This document shows positions 1 to 14,057 of a DNA stretch of 64,000 bases, in pieces. The notes beneath the pieces are model-generated. The model ran no database searches. It was given only the letters and a program-made list of their open reading frames with translations, and was not told the origin of the DNA. How positions within the stretch are numbered: position 1 is the first letter of the stretch; every line of letters begins with the position of its first letter. The position numbers were made by a program, and so were the translations under genes. This DNA is from Ministeria vibrans ATCC 50519 (Eukaryota > Protista > Filasterea): NCBI GenBank assembly GCA_943704425.1, contig CALSCP010001656.1, positions 1 through 64,000 on the forward strand, read 5' to 3'.

Positions 1-60
<60 letters not shown>
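1..60. repeat. (GA)n microsatellite (intronic)
   Basis: Pure GA dinucleotide run. Confidence 0.98.
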
Positions 61-64
<4 letters not shown>

Positions 65-88
65 CATTCGACAGGGCATAAGTAATAC

Positions 89-1828
89 TTGAGATAGGCA
101 TCCATGATTATGTCGTTGAGAAACTCGCCGGGGCGTAGGCGGAGCAGGTCGGACCGGTACACCTTCAGCTGCGAGTGACTGCTCGCCGTTTGGCCATCGG
201 TGGTGGGTGGAGGCGGAAAATGTGACCACTTGTAGCTAAATAGAATACATGCGTGAGCTTCACCCTCTCCACGGTCGTGCTGAGAGGATGCGTACTTTCC
301 AAGAAGCAACTCCCACTCTTTGTCAATTGCAATGTTAGGTGAAGCGACGGTATCGCCACACAGATCAACAACACCGCTACTGGTGCGGCAAGTCTTGCGC
401 GATCGCGTTGATTGGGGAGTCGACCTAAGATTGTACGACATGAGACAAGGTTCAACGAGGGGTGACCAAGAAAGATTATGGGTCTCACGGGAGTGGCGAG
501 TAGCGAGTTTGGGTGCGTCGCTTGACAGGACGCGGTGTTGATGTGCCAGGGGACTGCTCGTTGGACAACAACTGTTGTCGCTTCTCGGCCACTCTTGGTT
601 GCGAGACCAACCGTGGCCCACGTGTTTTGGGCGCCACGAGAAATTCCTTTGATGGATCGTGCTTCTTTTCCTCGTCAGACAGCCCCATGTACGTTTTCAT
701 GGCCGCGTCAATATCAATGACACGGGCGGAGAAGTTGCTTCCCTGCACATTCCATACGTTAGTCACTTGAAGCAAGAGCAACACACCATCATAATGAAAA
801 GAATAAAAGCGCAAAATGGAAGCACAAACCGGGCGAGAAGGGGGAGGAACGGTTAGAATGGGAGACAGAGATGGGTGACAAAGTCGATGGAATGTGAGAT
901 AAAGTGCAAGATGAAACACAGTTCGTACCGTTGCCGCTGTACAATCCTTGACTTCTATTTGGCCATTTCTCCCCTGTTGAAAAAACTGTTTGAGTTCTTT
1001 CACCGACTGGGAACTGGGGATGCGCAGACACACTTCTGTCAGGGGGAAGGACCCCGACGTGCTCAAAAGGAGTGGTTCGGCAAAGTGCTTGAATTCGCTC
1101 TTGAGCTTGAGGATGGCAAGAGAATCACCACTGAGGTCTTCAAAGTTGCTGGTGAGAGACACGCCGACGATATCGTACTCTGGAATGCCCACTGCCTTTA
1201 CGCTCTCGTTACAGCGCTGTTCAATCAAAAAAAAAAACGATCAGATGCATGTATGGGGACTGCGATTGGAATCACGTACCTTCACAGTAATGGAATACTC
1301 GGCGCTCATGTAGCGCATGAGACAGCAAGACAACACTATGCAGGACTCTCGGCCAAAGTACACCGACTTGACCTGAATCGCCTTGATCGGCTTCGCGTCC
1401 GCGTCTGGTTTGTTGCGTCCCACCGTGCTTGCTAGCACCTTGCGCTGTTTCATTTGATCGATCTCTTTGTCGCTCGGGACACTGACGGGTCCTGCACATG
1501 AATGGTGTCAATATTTCGTGCTCAAGCACAGTCATACTTAAATGAATGATCCTGCAATCATGATCAACTTACGTCTGTCGCGTCTTCGGAAGTACGCCGA
1601 TTTGGTTGCGAAATCGTCGTCATTCTCAACGACGGCATGGCCGGCGCCGTCTGGCTTGCAATAGGCGCGCTGTATGAGCGCGGTGACGGCAATGTCGTTG
1701 GGATTGGGCATGGGACGCGACGGGCGAATCGTCACTCTGTCGACCGCCTTCCCTTGCGCCCGCGACGTCGTTGCCGCCGCCGGACGAGAGCCGTCGCCGA
1801 CCCGGCGTGCGTGCTGCATGTTCGGCAT
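89..1828 (-). CDS. SUMO-specific protease, SENP6/7 (Ulp2)-like, C48 family; multi-exon, 3' part continues beyond the left edge
   Basis: Exon ~89-235 translates YKWSHFPPPPT...LKVYRSDLLRLRPGEFLNDIIMDAYLK, the start of a Ulp/SENP catalytic domain (PPP...DL..L..GEFLND.I.D.YLK). Upstream ORFs 485-1228, 1241-1453 and 1538-1828 are linked by GT-AG introns. Start codon uncertain. Confidence 0.75.
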
Positions 1829-2153
1829 GGGCCCCCCAGGCGTATCCGCAACATTCGACTTGCCGAAAAGCTGAAGGACTGTTTCAGAAACAACGCACAC
1901 ACCACACGGCGAAGAGAGGCCGCCGCCCGCTCGACACATACCGACATAATGACCCCTCTCCTCCCCTGAGGCGTGCTCCTAGAAATCCGACAGCACAAGT
2001 GCGCGGTCCGACAATGGCAATTGGTAAATAATAATGAGTTAATATTGAGTTTCTGACTCGCTGTTTCAGTTTTTGATCTTACTAATGAGTGAATCTCACT
2101 TAGTCACATCGAAGTCCCAGACTCTCAGTCAATTCACTTTTATTCTTCTTACA

Positions 2154-3897
<1,744 letters not shown>

Positions 3898-4059
3898 TCT
3901 GTTTGTGTTTGTAATGTATCGCACATTATTTTGATTTTGTACACCGAACGTATTAGTTGTGACTTACGTTCTCATGATATCATTTTAGCCTTGACTTAAT
4001 TAACTTCTGTAATCGTGAAGAGTGCGAACTTCTAAATTTTTGACATCATTGCGACAAGG

Positions 4060-5324
4060 ATGTCGCTCAAAGGCTTCGCCAGGTCGGTCGTCGCGCACCT
4101 CATTGGGGTGGCGGTGGCCGCGCTGTATCTGCTGAAGGTTTGTCCCGCCCCGCCCTGTGCGCTGCGCTCACCCCCTCCGCCGCCTTCCACGCAGACCCTC
4201 GTCGATGTATGCAGGAGCCCCGCTGCTGCGTTTGCCGCGATGTCGACTGCACGTCCCGCTGCCTTGGACGCCGATACGTTTGGCCAGCACGCCACCGTCA
4301 AAGCGAACGGAATGGACTTCCACTTTGTTGCGAATGGTATACCAAATTGAATCGCCTGACGACCACTTCTGACGCACCCTGCGCCTCCCCCGCCTCCTTT
4401 GCACAGGCAAGAAAGGCGCACCACTCATGCTCTTCTTGCACGGCTTCCCCGAATTCTGGTATTCGTGGCGGCATCAGCTGAAGGAGTTTGGGCGCACTCA
4501 CTATGCCGTCGCCGTCGACATGCGCGGCTACGGCGACTCGTCCAAGCCTGCCGGCAAGAGCAACTACGTCATTGAGACGCTTGCCGAGGACATCAACCAG
4601 CTGGTGGGCGCTCTTGGCTACGATCACTGTAAGGAAGGCTGAACTAGCACGCAGTACATAACAATGACATTGCGTCTAGGCGTACTGGTTGGACACGACT
4701 GGGGTGGTGCGGTCGCCTGGGCCACGGCTGCTCTCCATCCCAAGGTTGTGAGTCGCCTCGTGGTGTGCAACTGTCCCCATCCCACTGTCTTTGCAAAGTA
4801 CCTCCAAGCAACTCCGTCCCAATTCAAAAAGGTACCGACTCCAATTAGCCGATAATGATTCTCTTATGGAATTTTTTTCTTAGTCATTGTACATGATGTT
4901 CTTCCTGATCCCGCGCATCCCCGAGTGGATCATGTCGCGGTTCCAGTACCAGGCGATCGCCAAGGCGTTTCGGTCGCGCACTGGGGGCTGTGTGCGCCAC
5001 GACGCCGTCACGCGCGCCGACGCCGCCCTCTTCCAGTACACCATGTCGACGTCCCTCACGACCGCCCTCAACTACTACCGCGCCAACGTCACGCGCCACC
5101 CATCTCCACGCATGCCGCCCATCACCGCGCCCACGCTGCTCGTGTGGGGCGAGCAGGACATGGCGCTGGAGGGCGCGTGCATCCCCCTGCACTTCCATCC
5201 GCGCGTCGTCGCCCCGGACCATCTTCGCGTCGCCCAGAACCCCCTTGCCAGCCACTGGGTCAACCAGGACGACCCCGCCACCACCAATGCTGCCATTCGT
5301 GACTTCCTCTCCTCAACCCATTAA
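4060..5324 (+). CDS. Epoxide hydrolase EPHX3/EPHX4-like alpha/beta hydrolase with N-terminal hydrophobic anchor
   Basis: LFLHGFPEFWYSWRHQ, DMRGYGDS, GHDWGG nucleophile elbow, ALNYYR, WGEQD and ASHWVNQD; about 4 exons. Confidence 0.9.
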
Positions 5325-5469
5325 AGAGTTAATAATTAACCTCAAAAGTTTATTATTCTTTGTGTGTGTGTTTTTTTCTTCATATTTTTACAACAAAAAA
5401 ACTCCAGCCCGAAAGAAGGGGTATAAATAAAATATTATAATAATAAATAATTGCTTAAAATAAGATATT

Positions 5470-5529
5470 TCAGGTGCGCTGAAACAATCGTTCGCGCACC
5501 TCAGTCAGTTTCCGAGGACTCGCTGGACC

Positions 5530-5628
<99 letters not shown>

Positions 5629-8600
5629 AGTGATAGAGAGAAACAAAGTGATAGAGAGAAACAAAGCGAGAGAGAGAAACAAAGAGAGAGAGACATAGAA
5701 AAACAAAGTGTTAGAGAAAAAATTGTTACAGCAACAATGTGATAGAAAGAGAGAAGGAAGAAAGAAGAAAAGTGAAACGAGGGGAAACAGCACAAATGGT
5801 AAAAAAAAAGTTTAGTAGAGACCATTCAGGAGTGAGTCGCGCTGGGCATTGAGTGAGTGCTCTGGCTCAACCACAGTAGATCGGAGTGTCGACTGGTGCT
5901 CGCGCAAAGACGCCGCCACAGCCACACTGCCGTCCAGGCGTGGACGCGCTCGTTGCCGCGCTCGCTCTTCCACCTACACATAGACGCATACTGAGAAACC
6001 CACTCACTCCAACTCAAGCACATACTTGACGATCGTATGCTTCGACGGAACCCAAAGCGGCGCGAGTAAACTCGCCGTAGGGCTGACGGGAGGCAGTGGC
6101 AGCAGCAGCAGCTCGTCCACGCCCAACACGCTCGCGCAGTGCCTCCAGCTGTGCCACGGTTCTATGAGGGTCCTTGTTCACAGTCGTGCTGGGCCCACCA
6201 GTGCCGCTTTTGAGCATGCTCTTGAGCTCACGCATCTCCGAACGCAACAACGTCGCGTTGTCGGCAGACCACTCGGGCGAGGAGGGACGCGCTCGCGTGT
6301 CGCGTTGGTTGTGGTGCACGGGACTTGTCAACTGCTCACTGTGCGACACAAGTCGACGCATGTCCCGCTCAATGCCTTCCAAACGATCTTGCATCTGTGT
6401 CACCGCGGCACTCTCCTCCCCATTGTCACCCGAGCCCCTCGGCGCAGCCTTTCCCAAATCCACCGTGCTGCTTTTCTGCTCAATCATCTCCGACGCACTT
6501 GCTTCCAGTCGCTTCGCCAACTGAGCACACTCCTCGCGCAACTCGGTCGCCTGCACGGCCGCAGTCATTTCGCCCACTTTGCTCATTGCGCTTGCCAACT
6601 GCTTCTGCCAGCGTGCCTTAGCCGTCGCCATCTCCGCCTTGTGCTCACGCTTGAGCGCCTGTCGTTCGCGCAGACGCGCCACATCCTCTCCGACACGTAT
6701 CGCATCCTCGCGTGTCTTGCGCCACTTGCCCTCCAATGGCTCCGCCTCCGCTGCTGCAACGGTGCTGTTTCGCTTCGGCGCACGCTGCGAGACATTGTCT
6801 CGTCGCTGTTCCTTCTCCGCCGGCTCGTACTCGTTGCACATCAGCAACTCGCGCATGCGCCGCAGTTGGTTGCCCGTGCGCTCAAGCTCGTCGGACGCAC
6901 GCGCTGCTCGCAGCTCCATGGCGTTGGCTTCTGCCTCCGCCGTCGTGCGCACCCGTGCTGCCTCCTGTCGCGCCTGATGCGCCTCTCCGCGTGCAGCCTC
7001 CGCGTCGGCAACCGCCTGACGCGCGTCCGCAGTGACCAACGCCAGCTCACCGTCCACCTCGCGCAACTGCTCACCCAACTGCATCAGTTGCTCCGTGCCA
7101 CTGGCCAGCTCGGCACGCACCTGCTCCAATTCGGGCTCGGCATCGCGTAGATACGCCACGACCATGTCGCGTCGCTCCTCGCACTCGGCCAATTCCTCCC
7201 GTGTATCCTGCAACCGGGCCATCACACGCGTACACGTTTGCTCCGTCTCGTCCGCCACTCGATTTGCCGTCTCCAACTGACCTTGTGCCTCGTTCAGTCG
7301 TCGCTCTGTCTCCGACAGGGCGCGTGCTGCACGCTCACACTCCGCCGTTTGAACCACCGCACGCTCGTGTCGCTCCTCCAGCAGCGTCAACTGTTCTCGA
7401 GCTGCATTTGCCGCAGAAGCTGCATTCTCACGCTCTCGCTCCAGCCTCTGTACTTCGGTCTCAAGTGTCGCCACGCGTCCAACAAACTGTCGTTCGCGCG
7501 TCTCCAGCTCGTCAACGCGACGCTCGGCGCGATCGCGTCGTCGCTCAAGTTCACCACACACACCTATAAGCTCTTCCTGACTGTCCTCAAGTCGACTCAC
7601 TGCTTGACCGAGTTCCTCGCGCCGCACACCCAATTCACTCACAAGTCTCTCTCGCTCCGCAACCACTGTCCCCAGCTCGTCGGCACGCTCGTGCAGCTGT
7701 TCGTTCGACGCCTCAAGCGTGACTTGCTCCGCCTGTGCCCGACCCAGCGACTGTTGCACCACTTCAAGATTGGCTCGCAACCGCTTCAGCTCGTCCGTCA
7801 GCTCGCCATTGGTGCGTTCGTCCGTCTCGCGACGCTCGCCGAGTCGCTCCACGTCCCGTCGCAGCGACGCCTGCTCCTCCTTCAGCGACACCACGCTATC
7901 CACAAGCTCCTGCCGATCCTGTCGCAACGACTCGCATTCGTTTGCAAGCTCCACACGCGACTGTGACAGCCGATTGCGTGCCTCCGTGAGCGTCGCCATC
8001 TCAGAGCTCAGACGCTCAAAGTCACCGTTGAGCTTAGTGTGCGCGTCCGTCACCGCAACAAGCGCCTGTTGCGCTGCTTCCTCGTGAGTGCGCAGCTCTC
8101 CAACACTTCCTTGCAGAGCATCTCGCTCGGCGGCCAGTTGCGCCCGCTCCGCACCAAGCGCTCCAACGACACGCGTAGCCTCCTCCTCTCCCTCCCGCAG
8201 CGACTCCAGCTCTTCCTGTGCCTGTGCAATCTCCATGGCAAGAGAAGCTCGCTGTGCTTCGTGCTCCGCACGCAACTCTCCAAACTCAATGGCACCACGC
8301 TGACGTTCTTCAAGCAGTCGACGCGCCTCGTCGCCACTCGCCTCTAGCTGCTCCACTTCGCGTTCGAGCCGCGCTGACTCTGTCATGAGGTTGCCATGAC
8401 GTCGTTCCGCGCTGCTCACACTCTCGAGCAACGCTGCCATTTGACTGCGCTGCTCTTCCAGTTCGCGCCGAGTTTCCTCCAGTGCCAACTCGGCCTCGAC
8501 CCTCTGCTGCTCGGCCTTGTCCAACGCCTCTTTACTTGCAAGCGCCGCCTCATCAGCAGCACGCACACGCGCACGCAACTCCACATGGGCACCATCAGTC

Positions 8601-11600
8601 ACGGCCAGGCGGCGCTCGCCTTCACGAACAGCCGCCTCCAACTCGTCCACGCGTGCCTGTGCCGCATCGGCAGCCTCCTGAGCGCCGTCCAGGCGAATTC
8701 CTTCCGCCTGACGACGCGACTCCAAATCATCAAGCTCGCGCCCAAGCCCTTCAACTTCGCGTCGCATCGCATCTGCATCCTCGCGCAATTCCTCCAAGTG
8801 GTGTCGTTGCTCCAAGGTGGCCGCATCAACTTCGGTGTGCGCCGCCGTCAACTGCGCACACTCCGACTCCAGCTCGCGCAAACGCATCTCCGTCGCTTCA
8901 CACGCCTCGCACGCTTCCCGATTGCGTTGACGCGCCGCTTCTTCTGCCGCTGCTACACGCGCCACGTCGCCTTGCAGACGCTCCACCTGTGTCTCAGCCT
9001 CGTGTCGTCGCACCACCAACTGCTCAAGCTGTTGTTCGCCTCGTTCGCCCTGCTCGCGCACCGCATCGCGTGCTCGCTCCAACTGCTCCAGCTGCTCACG
9101 ACACGCCCCTTCACGCTGCTCCAAATCGCTTATTTTCCGCTCGGCCTCGGCGCACGCTTGACGTCGTTCGCGCAGCAGTGCATCCGCTTCGCCACACGCT
9201 TCGGTGGCTTCTTGGAGTTTGCCCCGCGCATCTTCCAATTTGCGATGAAGCTCCTCCAATCGACGCTCCCCCTCCAACGATCGATGTTCCAGTCCGGCCA
9301 GATCGGCAACGTGAGCGGCAATGCGCGCCTCTCCCTCGCGTATCTGCTCCTGCTGTCGCTCCACCGTGTCCAACTGCCGGTCCAAACGCATCTGTAGTTG
9401 CTGCTGCTGTTCCGTCTGCTCGCGCAACGCCTTCTCGGCCGCACGCGCCGCCTCGCCATTGCAACGGGACGTCTCAAGAAACTCGTCTCGAGCCCGATTC
9501 TCCTCCTCCTGGAACTTGCGACGCGCCGCGTGGCGCGCCTGCTCGGCTTCAGCCATCGCATCCTCGTGTTCGCGACGCAACTGAGCCAGGCGTCGCTTGT
9601 GCTCTACCTCGGCGTCGTTCAGCTCGCGGTCGAGTCGCGTCTCTGTCTGTCGTCTTCGCTCGTCTGTCTCCTGCACCAGTGCACGTTCTTTCGCCTCCAG
9701 CTCGGACACGCGTCGCGCATACTCCTTGTCAAGCAGTGCAAGTGCCTCCTCAAGACGCTCATGCTCCTGGTCAAGTTCACGGCGACGGCGCTCTTGTTCG
9801 CGTTCGCGCATCGCGTCCTGCTCGGCCCGAGCAACCGCCTCGCGCACTGCGGTGGCGCTGGTAGCTGCCGCAGCAGCTGCACTAGCATTTGTCTGCTGCA
9901 AAGACGACGCCGCGAGCACACGTTCAAGTCGATCAAAACTCTGCGTCGCATCATCACGGAACGGCGCACTCGCAGAGTCACGCTCGTGAACAGCAGCACC
10001 ACCAGCTGATGTGGCGGTGGGTGCAGCACCAGCGGCAGTGGTGAACACAACGCGAGGCTCCGCATCCGCCTTGGCAACTACGTCCGCAATCGAACGGGAG
10101 CCCAGTGACTGTACGGCCGCCTGGAGTTTTGCGCGTGCCAAGGCGTGCACGCTGTCCACCGTTGCAACCGACGGCGACAGACGTTCCATGACACCAAGCC
10201 CGGAGAGACGCGAGGCAAGCTCATCCAAGTCGGAAAAAAGCGTCACTGCATGTTGTCGCAGCGCCTCCAATTCATTCTGTCGCTGCTGTTGCTGTTGCTG
10301 ATGCGGTTGAGATTGCAGCGTGTCATCGTCGTTTAGATGCCGTTGCTTCTGCTGCTGCAGCTGGCGTCGCATGTCGGCCAGCGACGTGTCAGCGGCAACA
10401 AGTCTCGCCTGGCACTCGGCAAGGTCTTTAGTTAGCTGGGCACTGGTGCGCTCACGCTCAGCTTGTGTTGACTCCAGCTCGCGTACGCGATGGCGTTCCT
10501 CGTCGACACGACGTCGCAGGTCACGCACCATAGACTGGTGTTCTTCCTCACTGGCACGCAATGCGCGAGCGGTGTCGCCCTCGCGCTCCGCAAGCGTCGC
10601 CTCGAGTGACTGCGCTCGACGCGTCTGGTCTTCAAGGAGCCGACGCATCTCGCGCAGTGCCTCGTTGTTCCCACCCGAAACCGCAGACGCGCCAAAACCA
10701 CCCATGAAACTCGTAGCACCAGCCAAACCCTGAGAGGTGGCGCCCATCATGGTTGACATGGCACGGTCGTCAAGCATGCCACGCAACTCGGCACACTGAC
10801 GCTGAAGCAGCGTCGCCTGATCTCGATGCGACGCACACTCCACGCGTACCTGGTCCAATTGCCACTCGTAGTGTTGTTGCATCGTCGCCTCGCGTTCCTC
10901 CAGCTCACGCTCCAGCGCATCCACCTTGTGTTCCAGAACCGCAATGGCTTCGCGCGCGTCGATTGTGTCGGCCCGCGCCGCCTCCAGACGCTCCTTGCCA
11001 CGCGCCACCTGTCCCCTAAGCTTGGCAATGCGCTCCTCAAGCTCGTTGGCATGTTCGCCGGCGCGCGCCATCTCCACCTCTCGGTCACGCAACAGCGCCT
11101 GAAGCTCTTCGATTTCCTCTTGCGACCGCTGTGCCGCCTCTTGTGCGCGCGCAATGAGTGCATCGGATCGATCCGCCAGTTCGTCGTTCTGCTGCTGCAA
11201 CGTACTCAGATCGTCGCGCAGGGCCACGACCTCGCCGTTCTTGCGAGCGAGCTGTCGATCCGTCTCCTGTGCCGTGGCCGCTCGACGCTCGGCATCATCG
11301 CGCTCGCGTCGAGCCTCGTCCAGATCGCGCTGGAGCGTGTTCATTTCACGCTCCATGGCCTCTCTCGCCTTGACCATGACCGCCGATGCCGCAGGCGCAT
11401 CGCGAGCCGCGCCAGCCACGGCACCAGTGGCAGTAGCGGCATTCATGGCGGCCGTGAGTGCCTCGCGTTCGCGTTCGAGTCGTTGTATTTCGTCGTCGAG
11501 GTCACGCACGGTCATGGTGGATGTCCCGCCAAGACCAAACGACCCGTCCGCCTGCGATGCGCCACGCGTCTCGTAAAAGGCACACTCGGAGCGACAGCCG

Positions 11601-12784
11601 GCGAGCCAGTCCTGCAGCTGCTCGGACTCAGCACGGTGCTGCTCAATCTCCTCGGACAGACGCAAAACGCCAGTCTCAAGCTCGTCGGCACGCCTCTGGG
11701 CCGCTCCATAACCCGGCGAGTTTGGCTGCATGCGCGCCTGCTCGCTGCGTGTACGCTCCAGCATTTCACGATGCATAAATAGCTCGCGCTGAGCGCGTCC
11801 CGTCCGCTCGTCGACTTCGCCCATGCGACGCTCAAGCGTGTCCAACTCGCGTTGTTTTTCAATCAGCTGTGCGTCAAAGCGCGCGTCCGTTCCCCCATTC
11901 ACTCCACCGCCATCGTCGAGGACCGTGCGCCGCGCTACGGCGTCGCGCAATGCGCGGTCCACACGCTCAAACTCACGACGAAGCTGCTCAAGGGAACGCG
12001 ACGGACGAGACAACGACGTCACACTGCCATGAAGCTCGGAGGACGATGCATGGCCCTGGAAGCGTGCCTCAATGCGATACTTGGACAACTCCTGTTCGAG
12101 CTGGACGACACGCTGCTCAAGACGCGACACCTCAACCGACTTGCGCGACGACTCCTGCGCCTTCTCGTCCACCTCCGCCTCGAGTTGTAACACACGTCGC
12201 TGCAGAGCTTCGTTGTCTCGCTTGAGATCCGTCGCGCTCTTTTCACTCTCTTGCAACATCCCAATGGCATCCTCGTGTGTCTGTTCAAGCTCCTCAAAGC
12301 GCTCTTCGCTAGCACGCAGCTTTTCCTCGAGTCGCTCGAGTTCTTCGCGCGACCAGCGTTCGTTCGCACTGGTACGCTCCTCGTCCGTCACCGGCGTGCC
12401 GTCCACCTCGCCAATGGAGCGCAGTTGGAAAATGATAAAGGAACGATAGTGAGGCACGTCACAGAATGGATTGTCTTCCGCCGACAACAGCGTGAGGTTG
12501 GCCAATGAGCGGAGGCGTTCCAGTTCGCGTAGCTACGACGTAGAACCTTCAATACATCTGCGGGTCTCTCTGCCTCTCTCTCTATCACTTTGCCCCCCTC
12601 TCCCTATCACTTTGTTTCTCTCTATCACTTTGATTCTCTCTCTCCCTATCACTTTGTTTCTCTATCACTTTTTGATTCTCTCTCTCCCTATCACTTTGTT
12701 TCTCTCTCTATCACTTTTAATTCTCTCTCTCTATCTCCTCTCTCTCTCTCTCTATCTCCTCTCTCTCTATCTCCTCTCTCTCTA

Positions 12785-12874
<90 letters not shown>

Positions 12875-13608
12875 CCCTACCTTTCCAAGGTGGTTTCCGG
12901 CAATGCGAAACTCGCGAAGACTCGTGAGACGACGCAATGCGGACGGAATCGCTTCAATGAGATTGCCATCCAAGTTGAGTGTCTCCAGACGGACGAGCGT
13001 CTCGAGCCCTTCGATGCGAGTCAGCCTGTTGTGCGACAAGTCCACAACGCGCAGCTGGACTAGCTTGGCAAGGTTCTCCATACGCTCGATCACGTTGTAG
13101 CTCAGATCGAGGGTCTGCAGACGCGGACAGCTGTCGAGGTTCTCGATAAACTACATCAACAGGTGTTTGAACGAGTTCACATCAAACACAAACGCGTAAC
13201 GTCTCTTCACGCAAAACGCGCCATGGCCGAAGTCTACTGCGACAGAGTGTGCCATGGACGCAAACAGCATTGCACGTCGTACGATGCCGGTGGCATAGGC
13301 CTTGCGAGACAATCGACTGCGAAATGTTCTCTCTCTCTCTCCTTTTTTTTTTTTCAAATTCTGCAAAGGGCTCTGGAAGGCTACCTGGATCTTTCCGTTG
13401 CTTCCTTTGCCCAGGCACAGGCTCAGCGAAGTGACGTGGGCCAAATTAGTCGTCTTTGACACTTTTCTACAGTGAGGACGACGCAGGGTGAAGGGAAGAA
13501 GATGCTTTGTGGAGTTGGCGCGCGCGCAGCTCCGTACTGTAGCATGTCGGGCGTTATGTATCGGATCAGAGTAGGATCGATGGCCCTCGGGATTCGAGGG
13601 GTCGCCAT
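5470..13608 (-). CDS. CNTRL: Centriolin/CEP110-like protein: N-terminal LRR plus giant coiled coil
   Basis: IRYITPDML..KTTNLAHVTSLSL, SDS22-type LRRs (12880-13150), then NPFCDVPHYRSFIIFQLRS...PVTDEER...REELERLE matching the centriolin N-terminus. One ~6.5-kb coiled-coil exon (~6027-12530), followed by two small 3' exons to TGA at 5470. Confidence 0.85.
5532..5750. repeat. (AG)n plus AAACAAAGTGATAGAGAG minisatellite
   Basis: Directly visible 18-bp units after the AG run. Confidence 0.9.
12565..12872. repeat. (CT)n plus CTATCACTTTGTTT minisatellite in CNTRL intron
   Basis: Reverse complement of the AAAGTGATAG unit, repeated about 7 times, then a CT run. Confidence 0.9.
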
Positions 13609-14057
13609 GGTCCCCTGCCGCCGAATTTAGGGTTAGAGAGTGAATATTAATGTAAAGTTGTAAACTCATTAAAATTTAATCAACTGTCTAAACTGTCTAT
13701 TGACGAATGACTGAAAAGGTGCTGAAAAGTAAAATAATTTTTGTAAATAAAAACACGGGCTCAAATACCTCTTTAGAGTTTAGTCTTCTTTCCTCTGATC
13801 TCTTGGAAAATCTTAAATCAGTATTCAGGAAACAATTATTGTTGAAAATTATTCTAAAATTTCTGATTAATCTGATAGGATATCAATTTCGTTTGTCTTT
13901 GCTGATCCTGACTTGAAAAATATGCACAAACAATACAATAGTATCGACTTTTCCGAAACAATTTCCAACCAATCTTTATCTTTCTACTTTTCTTAATAAT
14001 GTTATACAATTTTCCACTGAATACTATCTGTCATTGAGATGTGTTAGACGATGGGTT

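Noticed and set aside
6026-12508. Many long plus-strand ORFs (up to 460 aa) opposite centriolin
   Set aside because: Antisense shadows of a GC-rich coiled-coil exon; no recognisable motifs.
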